Position numbers and translations under genes: made by a program. This document shows positions 8,402-17,142 of a stretch of DNA of 24,977 bases, in pieces; position 1 is the first letter of the stretch; each line of letters starts with the position of its first letter. The notes below the pieces were generated by a model. That model had not been told where the DNA came from, searched no databases, and was given only the letters and a program-made list of their open reading frames with translations. The stretch lies in the IMG/VR virus record IMGVR_UViG_2778261231_000008; one strand, written 5' to 3'. This stretch comes from a virus (lineage: Duplodnaviria; Heunggongvirae; Uroviricota; Caudoviricetes).

Positions 8402-10423
8402 ATGAGCAGTTTTTATTATATCCAGCCGGAATTAAAAAACGATTTTAATGCAAGTTTTTTGAATTCTTTGGAAGAGTATTCCAATCGAAAACAGTTGCAG
8501 GTATATGCTATAAAAAATCCTCTCGGGGAAAATAAGTATAACTATGATAGAGATGACGTTCTGGTGTTATTAAGCCCCGGATGCAAAATGGCATTTATTA
8601 ATTTCGGAGATAATAGTGATGAGTTTGAAAATTTCCAAGAGGATTTTGTCGAGGATTTAGGCTCACTATCTGATAAATACAATTATAAAGATACAATTGG
8701 AAGACCACGTGAATGGCGTCGTAACCTGGTCTCGGATTTTATATTCAATGATATCGATGACGATTTAGATGCGTTTTTTGATGAGATTAAACTCGCGGAT
8801 GGATCGCTTGCAAAAAAGAGCGAGTTAATCATCTCGTTGTTGACTGGTAGTATAAACAATATTGATAAAGTAAAAGGGAATGTTCCTGACAATATCCTTG
8901 ATAAAGTTAAGCAAAAAATAATTTTATTTGATGGAGATCAAACTAGATTTGTATATCAGAAGTTTGATAAGAAAAAAGTAATTATTCAAGGGCTTTCAGG
9001 CACGGGCAAGACAGAACTTTTGCTTCACAAGTTGAAAGAAATATATTTGGATAAGAATAATCATGATAGTAAAATAATGTTTACATGTCATAATAAAATC
9101 TTGGCAGATAGTATGAGAAAGAGGATTCCAGAGTTCTTCAACTTTATGAAAGTTGAACAACAAATTAGCTGGAATGATAGATTGTGGTGTGTAAACGCTT
9201 GGGGATCACAATACGATAATAATTCTGGGGCTTATCGTTATATCTGTGAAGCCTATGGGATAAATTTTCATCGCTTCAGCTATGTCATGACCTTTGATAG
9301 AGTTTGTCGCTTAGCATTGGAAGAAATAAGAAAAATCCCTGAAGGTCAATTCAAACATTGCTTTGATTTTATGTTGGTCGATGAAAGTCAGGATTTTCCA
9401 TCAAGTTTTATCGAGCTTTGTGAGTTAGTAACTCGCGATACACTGTATGTAGCAGGTGATATATTTCAAAGTATATTTGATACCAATATTTCTAATGAAA
9501 TCCAACCTGATTTTTTATTGAGTAAGTGTTACAGAACTGACCCGAGAACTTTAATGTTTGCCCATGGAATTGGCATGGGGTTATTTGAGAGTGAGCCTCT
9601 CACATGGCTCGAAAATGACGAGTGGGAAGCATGTGGCTATATTGTGGACCATTTTGAACGTGCCAAGTTGAGATTGAAACGTGAGCCATTACGTAGATTT
9701 GAAGATGTGACTGATGCCAAAATCCATAGTGTTGAATTAGTTAATTCGACATTTGATACTGAAGAAAAAAACATCTTGGATTTATTGCATAAAATCAAAG
9801 CAGAGAATCCAACTGTTCTAGCTGACGATATCGGTATTATTTTTATCGATAAGGCTAAAAGTATCTTCACTATTGCCGATAAGCTTGAAGTCAGTGTTCC
9901 AAGAATTTTTGGTTGGAAAGTGAATAAGGCTTATGAAACCAAAGAAAAAGTAAAGGATACTTTATTTCTTAGTAATAAAAATCATGTAAAGGGGTTGGAG
10001 TTCCCATTTGTTATTTGTGTTACGCGAGATATTAGTAGAAGCCATTCAGATCGAAATTCTTTATATATGATGCTGACTCGATCCTTTATTCGTTCCTATT
10101 TGCTTTTAGGTGATCGTGATGAAAGTCTTCAGGCTGAAATTCAGCGGGGGTTAGAAAACATTAATGCTCATGGCTATATGGAAATTACCATTCCTCCTCA
10201 AGATGTTATCGAAAGAATAAGGACTACAATTAAGTTTGACGAGAAAAGTATTTCCCATTATGACTTGGTGTCTAAGGTGTTCGATGATCTCAATATTGAG
10301 GCTATATTCAGGCCGTCACTATATGAAATTGTGAAGAATATTCTTCCAGACTCTTTTGATGTTGAAAGGATATCAAAAGTCATTTTGTTTAATTACGAAG
10401 AAATGCTTCAGGAGACAAAATGA
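8402..10423 (+). CDS. SF1 (UvrD/Rep-like) helicase-family ATPase with an unassigned ~190-aa N-terminal domain; candidate anti-phage defence protein
   Basis: 673 aa. Walker A GLSGTGKT (nt 8990..9013), motif II LVDESQDF (9374..9397), motif III GDIFQSIF, motif IV CYRTD, C-terminal motif-VI-like MMLTRSFIRSYLL. Visibly AT-rich codon usage unlike the flanking phage genes. Sits between gene A and the portal gene. Confidence 0.75.
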   Translation: MSSFYYIQPELKNDFNASFLNSLEEYSNRKQLQVYAIKNPLGENKYNYDRDDVLVLLSPGCKMAFINFGDNSDEFENFQEDFVEDLGSLSDKYNYKDTIGRPREWRRNLVSDFIFNDIDDDLDAFFDEIKLADGSLAKKSELIISLLTGSINNIDKVKGNVPDNILDKVKQKIILFDGDQTRFVYQKFDKKKVIIQGLSGTGKTELLLHKLKEIYLDKNNHDSKIMFTCHNKILADSMRKRIPEFFNFMKVEQQISWNDRLWCVNAWGSQYDNNSGAYRYICEAYGINFHRFSYVMTFDRVCRLALEEIRKIPEGQFKHCFDFMLVDESQDFPSSFIELCELVTRDTLYVAGDIFQSIFDTNISNEIQPDFLLSKCYRTDPRTLMFAHGIGMGLFESEPLTWLENDEWEACGYIVDHFERAKLRLKREPLRRFEDVTDAKIHSVELVNSTFDTEEKNILDLLHKIKAENPTVLADDIGIIFIDKAKSIFTIADKLEVSVPRIFGWKVNKAYETKEKVKDTLFLSNKNHVKGLEFPFVICVTRDISRSHSDRNSLYMMLTRSFIRSYLLLGDRDESLQAEIQRGLENINAHGYMEITIPPQDVIERIRTTIKFDEKSISHYDLVSKVFDDLNIEAIFRPSLYEIVKNILPDSFDVERISKVILFNYEEMLQETK

Positions 10424-11055
10424 CAAAAGAATATTATTTTAGCCTTGATCAATCTCAATGCGATTGGGCTTTTAAGGCAATTAGAAATAAAAAAGATGTT
10501 ATTGAAATATTAATGAGGGTTTTAAAGACAATTTCAGTATACACTGAACCATCAGCCGATAAAGTTGCTGGTAAGATGAAGTTACATATATCAAAGATGA
10601 GTCGTGTTTTCTTTTTTAGTGAAGGGAAATACTATTCGTTAGCATTCCCCTTTACGCTGGAAGTTAGTGGAGATAATCTTTGCTTCTGTAGCGGTGAAAT
10701 TGAAGTTATTGACAGTTACATTACTTCTAAAGTGCTTGCGATTATTAATGATTCTTCCTATCTCAACCCATCTCTTTGGGCATTTTTTGAGCCACTAGTA
10801 GAGCTTGAGGATCATCAAACTATTCCAGGATTTTGGCAATTTTTCAAAATGCTGCTTACGCATGAGGATGGATACATCAGATATGATGTTGACCCAGATC
10901 CGAGACGATTAGATCCAAGGAGTCACCCTTTACATCATTTTGATGTTTTCTATTCCAATCAGCCAACGTTCAAAATTGGTCTAAGAGAACATTATACTAA
11001 TGATGATATGATTGACTTATTAAATAGAGAAACTGATTGTCATTTTTTTGAATGA
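10420..11055 (+). CDS. Hypothetical 211-aa protein translationally coupled to the helicase; candidate partner/effector
   Basis: Start ATG overlaps the helicase stop (ATGA at 10420..10423); AT-rich; no motif I recognise. Confidence 0.65.
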   Translation: MTKEYYFSLDQSQCDWAFKAIRNKKDVIEILMRVLKTISVYTEPSADKVAGKMKLHISKMSRVFFFSEGKYYSLAFPFTLEVSGDNLCFCSGEIEVIDSYITSKVLAIINDSSYLNPSLWAFFEPLVELEDHQTIPGFWQFFKMLLTHEDGYIRYDVDPDPRRLDPRSHPLHHFDVFYSNQPTFKIGLREHYTNDDMIDLLNRETDCHFFE

Positions 11056-11065
11056 TGTGAACGTT

Positions 11066-11094
11066 AATTTAGCTGGCAATTAGCCAGCTAAATT
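11066..11094. terminator. Perfect 12-bp-arm palindrome (aatttagctggc / gccagctaaatt); likely bidirectional terminator
   Basis: Hairpin between the convergent 3' ends of the cargo operon (+) and the portal fragment (-); weak U-tract on the + strand. Confidence 0.5.
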
Positions 11095-11097
11095 TCA

Positions 11098-11802
11098 TTA
11101 TAATAAGTAGTCTGTAAATTGGATTATATCTTGGTCCAGATAGGTGTTTAATTCTTCAATTCTTTTTTGCAGTGGTAATAACTCATTTCGAACAAAAACA
11201 TTCGCCGCCTTTTCCACATCCCCAAACCCCCCAACATTACTTGGCATAATCCCCATCATCTGCGGTGGTACACGGTGTGCCGCCATCATGTCATCCCGGC
11301 TCACGTTCTTAATGTTCAAAAACTCATCCTTTGCCGCCACTTCTGACAGTGGAATGATCTGAATGCCATCCTTTTTGCCGTTTGGCGAGTACATAAACAG
11401 GTTGCGGAAATTGCCCGGACCTTTGGCGCTTTTCATGGCCTGGCGGATGTTGTTCACGTCCTCCTGGTTCTGCGCGGCGTCAGTCATATACATAATAAAA
11501 CCCGCGTGACTGCCATTGATGTAATACTTCCGGCGGAACAGCGTGGCTGACTCGTTCAGCAGGGCGGAAGGGATAGCGGACAGATATTCCGGCAGGCCGT
11601 AAATCTCCTGGTTCAAATCTGGCTCCATCAGGTGAAAGATGCTGCCTTTGGTAAACTCATACGGCTGCGTGGTCATGCCGTATTGCACAAACCAGTAGGT
11701 GTCTAAATCGATCCCGCGGCGGGTGTATTTCGCCAGCGATGGCTCCAGTGACAGAATCCCGCCCAGTCGGTTCGTCCGTTTCTCCAGGTAACCTGCAGAA
11801 AG
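11098..11802 (-). pseudogene. Q: Portal protein (P2 gpQ family), C-terminal ~234 aa only
   Basis: Portal-like sequence (...FRRKYYINGSHAGFIMYMTDAAQ...HRVPPQMMGIMPSNVGGFG...) ends at the native stop (11098). The N-terminal ~56 aa of the track ORF is GC-rich low-complexity translation of the antisense of gene S, so the 5' part is deleted. Confidence 0.7.
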
Positions 11803-12230
11803 TTGACGCCTGGCTGGCGGCGCTGCTGGCAAATCTGGAACCAGCGGCGCGAAAGCGAATGATGCTGGAGCTGGCGCAACAGCTGCGCCGGAATCAGCAG
11901 AACAACATCCGCCTGCAGCGCAATCCTGATGGGACTGGCTACGAGCCGCGCCGGGTAACGGCCCGAACAAAGAAGGGTCGCATTAAGCGGCAGATGTTCG
12001 CCAAACTCCGCACCACGAAATACCTTAAAACCGCCGCCAGTGCCGACTCTGCCAGCGTAGAGTTTGCCGGGCAGGTACAGCGCATCGCACGGGTGCATCA
12101 TTACGGCTTACGGGATCGTGTAAGCCGTAAGGGGCCGGAGGTGCGGTATACAGAGCGGCGGTTGCTTGGGATAACTGATAATGATCATGAGATGATTAAA
12201 TCAAGCATACTAGGTTTTTTGATTAAGTAG
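11739..12230 (+). pseudogene. S: Tail completion / virion morphogenesis protein S homologue, nearly full length but without its native start
   Basis: From about nt 11799 the ORF reads like P2 S / Mu G family (RNQQNNIRLQRNPDGTGYEPRR...FAGQVQRIARVHHYGLRD). The first ~18 codons are antisense of portal sequence, so the deletion endpoint is at the S start. Confidence 0.55.
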
Positions 12231-13389
12231 TCTGATCTTTTTCTTTAAAATAACCTTCAATTTTTGCAATTAAAAGACTGATGCTTTCTATAAAGTTTTT
12301 TGTTTCGCTCTCACTTGGTTCATGATGAGTGTGTGCGATTTTATCCCGTAAGTTTTTTCGATTCTCATTGGCTGTTTGCCATTCTAGCTGAGCAATCTCT
12401 GGCACAGATATATTGAACTGTTGTCTAAATAGTTGTTTGCACCTTACCTCAAATTTCCAGTTTTTGTTTAGAATGGCCTTAGTTTCGCATTCATCATGGC
12501 CTTTCTTATTAAGTTCATTGATTAGCAATCTAAGGATGTAGCTTTCAAGTCCAGCTGAAGCTTCGATTACGGCAGATCTTAACGCCCCTTTATGAACAAG
12601 GTTGTTCGCTCTAATTATTAATAATTCAGGGTGTTCATTGAATTCATCTGTCATTAATCGACGTTTAAAATCTTCAATCTGAATTTCATTATGATTGTAC
12701 CAACTATTTCGCATTAGTGGTGTTATTATTCCAACCATAGGTATTGAGCTTACCTTAACTCCATCACAGTAATGTTCTTGCAATACGCCGTTAGTGAAAC
12801 CTAACCCTGCTTGATAAAGAGATATTTCATCAGCGAATTGATCATTGAAGGCTACTCTATACTGCTTTATAAAGTGGTTGATTATACCTATGCATTCTTC
12901 AGATTGTTTGGGCGGAAATATCTCTCTAGCAGTTTTTTTGATACTTTCGAGTTTTGCTACCTTCTCAATATCTAAATTGTCCATCGTAGCTATGTGCTCT
13001 TTGGCCTCATCTTCAGATGGGTAATTGTCACCGCTTCGGATCTGACTTCTAATAGTGTTGATAAATTCCTCTTCTGAAAGTTCAGATAGAACCGCGCATT
13101 CGGCAACACTGGCAAGGGAAATTACAGTGCGGCATTTCATTATTCCTCTGTCGTTTAATATGTGTGGTGTTAATTGTTCCTTGGTTCCGAGCAACAAGGT
13201 TTGTGGGAAAAGATAAGCATCTTTGAATAATGTATAATAATCATTGTGTACAGTTAAACAAAGTTCAGTGTGTTCATAAATAAAATTATATATCCCATCG
13301 GGAATGTTCAGGACATACGGTAATTCAACTAAATAACGAGCCGCGAAAATCATGTGGTCCATCTCCATATGAGAATTGCATTGTGCCAT
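12223..13389 (-). CDS. Hypothetical 388-aa cargo protein with a C-terminal Rx4H (HEPN-like) motif; candidate abortive-infection/defence gene
   Basis: AT-rich reverse-strand ORF between S and V (the orf30 position of P2). Motif RDKIAH at nt 12331..12348. Start uncertain: the ATG at 13351..13353 has the better Shine-Dalgarno (GGAGA). Confidence 0.6.
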   Translation of the reverse strand: MAQCNSHMEMDHMIFAARYLVELPYVLNIPDGIYNFIYEHTELCLTVHNDYYTLFKDAYLFPQTLLLGTKEQLTPHILNDRGIMKCRTVISLASVAECAVLSELSEEEFINTIRSQIRSGDNYPSEDEAKEHIATMDNLDIEKVAKLESIKKTAREIFPPKQSEECIGIINHFIKQYRVAFNDQFADEISLYQAGLGFTNGVLQEHYCDGVKVSSIPMVGIITPLMRNSWYNHNEIQIEDFKRRLMTDEFNEHPELLIIRANNLVHKGALRSAVIEASAGLESYILRLLINELNKKGHDECETKAILNKNWKFEVRCKQLFRQQFNISVPEIAQLEWQTANENRKNLRDKIAHTHHEPSESETKNFIESISLLIAKIEGYFKEKDQTT

Positions 13390-13399
13390 TCGCTACACA
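13382..13399 (+). promoter_or_regulatory. TGT-N12-ACA dyad (tgtgccattcgctacaca), possible Ogr-dependent late promoter element for V
   Basis: Fits the TGT-N12-ACA half-site spacing of P2 late promoters as I recall it, but the centre lies only ~55 nt from the V start codon, closer than expected; a possible -10 (TAAATAT) at 13431..13437. Confidence 0.2.
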
Positions 13400-13444
13400 T
13401 TGCCACAAAGATGAAAAAAAATCCTGCTTTGTAAATATACGAGC

Positions 13445-14023
13445 ATGAACGCACAACTCACAGAAATCATGCGCCTTATCACCAACCTGATCCGCACCGG
13501 AACTGTAACGCAAGTGGACCGGGACAACTGGCTGTGCCGGGTGAAAACGGGCGACCTCGAAACCAACTGGATTAACTGGCTGACGCTGCGTGCGGGCAAT
13601 TCACGCACCTGGTGGAAACCGTCCGTGGGGGAGCAGGTTGTGCTGTTCAGCCTGGGCGGCAATCTGGAAACCGCGTTTGCGCTGCCTGCTGTCTACTCAA
13701 ATCAGTTTCCTCCCCCGTCCGATTCTGAGGACGGCAGCGTGACGGAATACCCGGACGGCGGCTGGTTTGAGTACGAGCCTTCAACCGGGCGCTGGTACGT
13801 CCGGGGCATCAAGTCGATGGTTATCGAGGCGTCGGATAACGTCACCTTTAAAACCGGGGAATTTGTCGTGGAAGCTGACACCACCCGCATTAATAGCGAC
13901 GTGGTGATCAACGGGGCTGTCACCCAGGGCGGCGGCCCGATGAGTTCTAATGGGATCGTGGTGGATGACCATGCGCACAACAAAGTGAAGTCCGGCGGCG
14001 AGACATCAGGAGGCCCGGTATGA
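13445..14023 (+). CDS. V: Baseplate spike/assembly protein V
   Basis: 192 aa; close to P2 gpV (IRTG..., WLTxRAGxSRTWWxPSVGEQV, C-terminal SSNG...H.HxxGG). Confidence 0.88.
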   Translation: MNAQLTEIMRLITNLIRTGTVTQVDRDNWLCRVKTGDLETNWINWLTLRAGNSRTWWKPSVGEQVVLFSLGGNLETAFALPAVYSNQFPPPSDSEDGSVTEYPDGGWFEYEPSTGRWYVRGIKSMVIEASDNVTFKTGEFVVEADTTRINSDVVINGAVTQGGGPMSSNGIVVDDHAHNKVKSGGETSGGPV

Positions 14024-14379
14024 CGATGTATTCCGGCATGAGTAGTGCCACGGGCAAGGCCATCACCGACACCGAACATCTGCGCCAGTCCGTGAAGGAC
14101 ATCCTGGTCACCCCGCAGGGCAGCCGTATTGCGCGCCGGGAATACGGTTCGCTGCTGTCTGCCCTGATTGACCAGCCACAAAACCCGGCACTGCGTCTGC
14201 AGATGATGAGCGCGGTGTACGTGGCGCTGATGCGCTGGGAGCCACGGCTGACGCTGGATGCTATCGCCATCGACAGCAGTTTTGACGGTTCGATGGTGGT
14301 CGAGCTGACCGGGCGGCGTACCGACGGCGCGCCCGTTTCCCTTTCCGTATCAACAGGAGCAGGTAATGGCAGTTATTGA
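14020..14379 (+). CDS. W: Baseplate protein W (GPW/gp25 family)
   Basis: 119 aa; start overlaps the V stop; P2 gpW-like (PxGSRxxRRxYGSLL...DQPQxPAL). Confidence 0.85.
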   Translation: MTMYSGMSSATGKAITDTEHLRQSVKDILVTPQGSRIARREYGSLLSALIDQPQNPALRLQMMSAVYVALMRWEPRLTLDAIAIDSSFDGSMVVELTGRRTDGAPVSLSVSTGAGNGSY

Positions 14380-15274
14380 CCTTTCCCAGCTACCGCCGCC
14401 GCAGATTGTGGATGTGCCGGACTTTGAGACGCTGCTGGCTGAGCGTAAAGCGGCGTTTGTGGCGCTGCACCCGGCTGACCAGCAGGACGCGGTGCGCCGC
14501 ACACTGGCGCTGGAATCTGAACCGATTACCAAACAGCTGCAAGAAAGTGCCTACCGGGAAATCCTTCTGCGCCAGCGTATCAACGAGGCGGCGCTGGCGG
14601 TGATGGTGGCCTATGCCAACAGCAGCGACCTGGAGCAGCTCGGCGCTAATTACAACGTTAAGCGCCTCACGGTCACGCCTGCAGATAATGATGCCGTGCC
14701 GCCCGTGGCGGCGGTGATGGAAACCGACGAAGCGCTACGCCTGCGCATCCCGGCAGCCTTTGAGGGGCTGTCTGTGGCGGGACCCACGGCGGCCTACGAG
14801 TTTCACGCCAAAAGTGCCGACGGGCGCGTGGCAGATGCCAGCGCAACCAGCCCGGCCCCGGCTGAGGTAGTGCTGACCGTATTAAGCCGGGAGGGTGACG
14901 GCACGGCGGATGCAGACCTGCTGGCAGTGGTGGAAAAAGCGCTGAGCAGCGAGAGCGTGCGCCCGGTGGCTGACCGCCTGACGGTGCGCGGGGCTTCCAT
15001 TGTGAATTACAGCGTACGCGCCTTGCTCTATCTCTATCCAGGGCCGGAGTCTGAACCCATTCTGGAAGCGGCAAGGGCAAGCCTGCAGAAGTACATCGCC
15101 AGCCAGACCCGGCTGGGGCGGGATATTCGCCTGAGCGCTATCTATGCGGCCCTGCATGTTGAGGGCGTGCAGCGGGTGGAACTGCTTTCGCCGCTGGCGG
15201 ACGTGGTGCTGGATAAAACCCAGGCCGCCTCCTGCACTGACTGGAGCGTGAGCATTGGGGGCACGGATGAATAG
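14366..15274 (+). CDS. J: Baseplate assembly protein J
   Basis: 302 aa; MAVIDLSQLPPP... and FEGLSVAG...GRSADGRVAD...LYLYPGPESEPI match P2 gpJ. Confidence 0.9.
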   Translation: MAVIDLSQLPPPQIVDVPDFETLLAERKAAFVALHPADQQDAVRRTLALESEPITKQLQESAYREILLRQRINEAALAVMVAYANSSDLEQLGANYNVKRLTVTPADNDAVPPVAAVMETDEALRLRIPAAFEGLSVAGPTAAYEFHAKSADGRVADASATSPAPAEVVLTVLSREGDGTADADLLAVVEKALSSESVRPVADRLTVRGASIVNYSVRALLYLYPGPESEPILEAARASLQKYIASQTRLGRDIRLSAIYAALHVEGVQRVELLSPLADVVLDKTQAASCTDWSVSIGGTDE

Positions 15275-15872
15275 CCTGCTGCCGCCTGGTTCGTCAGCAC
15301 TTGAGCGCCGACTGGCGGAGAGCTGCAGCGGCATTTCCGATCTGCAGGTGCCCCTGCGTGACCTCTGGAGCCCGGCAACGTGTCCGGTTGCCTTTTTGCC
15401 GTATCTGGCATGGGCATTTTCCGTGGACCGCTGGGACGAAAGCTGGGCGGAAAGCGTGAAACGCCGGGTGGTGCAGGATGCCTTTTACATTCATCAGCAC
15501 AAGGGCACAACCAGCGCCGTGCGGCGGGTGGTGGAGCCGTTCGGTTTCCTGATCCGCATTCTGGAGTGGTGGCAGACCAACGAGGCCCCCGGCACGTTCC
15601 GGCTGGACATTGGCGTGCAGGACCAGGGGATTACGGAGGAAACCTATCTGGAGCTGGAGCGCCTGATCGGTGACGCCAAACCCTGCAGCCGCCATCTGAT
15701 TGGCATGTCAATCAACCTGCAGACGAGCGGCCCGTTTTGGGTAGGGGCTGGCACCTACATCGGGGAGGAAATCACCGTCTACCCGTATATCAACGAAACC
15801 ATTACTTCCGGCGGCCCGGCCTTTGCGGGCGGGGCGGTCCATGTTATTGACACAGTGAGAGTGAACCCATGA
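15267..15872 (+). CDS. I: Baseplate/tail protein I
   Basis: Start at the ATG at 15267 (MNSLLPPGSS...), internal to the track ORF; LPxLAWAFSVDRWDE...GTFRLDIGV matches P2 gpI. Confidence 0.85.
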   Translation: MNSLLPPGSSALERRLAESCSGISDLQVPLRDLWSPATCPVAFLPYLAWAFSVDRWDESWAESVKRRVVQDAFYIHQHKGTTSAVRRVVEPFGFLIRILEWWQTNEAPGTFRLDIGVQDQGITEETYLELERLIGDAKPCSRHLIGMSINLQTSGPFWVGAGTYIGEEITVYPYINETITSGGPAFAGGAVHVIDTVRVNP

Positions 15873-16717
15873 GCGCAAAATTTTACACCCTGCTGACGGA
15901 CATTGGCGCGGCAAAACTGGCAAGTGCTGCCGCGCTCGGTGTCCCGCTGAAAATTACCAAAATGGCAGTGGGCGACGGGGGCGGTGTGCTGCCGACACCC
16001 AGCGCGCAGCAGACTGGCCTGATTGCAGAAAAGCGCCGCGCCGACCTGAATATGCTCTACATCGACCCGCAGAACAGCAGCCAGATTATTGCGGAGCAGG
16101 TTATTCCTGAAACGGAAGGCGGTTGGTGGATTCGTGAAGTCGGGCTGTTTGATGAGACAGGCGCGCTGATTGCCGTCGGCAACTGCCCTGAAAGCTACAA
16201 GCCGCAGCTGGCGGAGGGCAGCGGGCGCACACAGACCGTGCGCATGGTGCTGATCACCAGTAGCACCGATAACATCACCCTGAAAATTGACCCGGCGGTG
16301 GTGCTGGCAACTCGCAAGTATGTAGATGACAAGGTGCTTGAGCTAAAGGTGTACGTGGATGACCAGATGGCGAAACATATCGCCGCGGTTGATCCCCATA
16401 CGCAGTATGCGCCAAAGACTAGCCCGACCTTTACCGGAACACCAAAAGCACCCACTGCGGCGTCAGGCAATAACACCACCCAGCTTGCCACCACGGCATT
16501 TGTGCAGGCCGCTATTGCGGCGCTGGTCAATTCCTCCCCTGGCGCACTGGACACGCTGAACGAGCTGGCTGCAGCGCTGGGCAATGATCCGAACTTCGCC
16601 ACCACCATGACCAATGCGCTTGCGGGGAAAATGGGTAAGGCTGCCAATCGGCCTGTAGTAACCCATAACGGTGCGGGCTACCGCGCCAGAACTCACTTTT
16701 TCAGGACAAGAACATGA
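15869..16717 (+). pseudogene. H: Tail fibre protein H, N-terminal ~254 aa only
   Basis: N-terminal and conserved middle block (...SSPGALDTLNELAAALGNDPNFATTMTNALAGK) match P2 gpH; after about nt 16630 the frame runs ~28 unrelated codons to a stop. P2 H is about 670 aa. Confidence 0.8.
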
Positions 16718-17016
16718 GCGACAAAACAAACGAAAAAACTGTGGTACTGGATACGCCAATCCTGCGCGGCAAAAGCGAAATCAAAGAGGTGGTGCTGCGT
16801 AAACCCCAGTCTGGTGCGCTGCGTGGCACCCGCCTGCAGGCCATTATGGATATGGACGTGGGCGCGATGATGACCATCATTCCGCGAATCTCCAGCCCGA
16901 CGCTGACCCCGCAGGAAATGGCGGAGCTGGACCCGGCAGACCTCACCGCAATGTCCGTGGAGGTGGTCACTTTTTTGTTGAAGAAGTCGGTGCTTGCCGA
17001 TTTGCCGACAGCCTGA
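16714..17016 (+). CDS. E: Tail assembly chaperone E
   Basis: 100-aa ORF upstream of the tape-measure gene, carrying the slippery heptamer T_TTT_TTG. Confidence 0.8.
   Translation: MSDKTNEKTVVLDTPILRGKSEIKEVVLRKPQSGALRGTRLQAIMDMDVGAMMTIIPRISSPTLTPQEMAELDPADLTAMSVEVVTFLLKKSVLADLPTA
16971..16977 (+). other. Programmed -1 frameshift site T_TTT_TTG producing the E' (E+E') product that terminates at 17150
   Basis: My manual -1 frame translation from 16977 runs open to a TGA at 17148..17150, overlapping the T start; this mirrors the E/E' arrangement in P2. Confidence 0.7.
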
Positions 17017-17142
17017 CGGTTGATGACCTGGTGGCAGATATTGCCACCATTTTTCACTGGCCGCCGTCCGTCACTGACGTTATGCCGCTGACTGAGGTGC
17101 TGGAGTGGCGGCATAAAGCAATCCTGAGAAGCGGGGCCAGCG

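Noticed and set aside
11791-11798. CTGCAG (PstI site) at the portal/S deletion junction as a sign of engineered deletion
   Set aside because: CTGCAG occurs many times in this GC-rich phage DNA, so one at the junction is not informative.
11703-12101. 132-aa reverse-strand ORF across the portal/S junction
   Set aside because: Antisense to the S homologue with a low-complexity translation; the portal homology on this strand ends near 11802.
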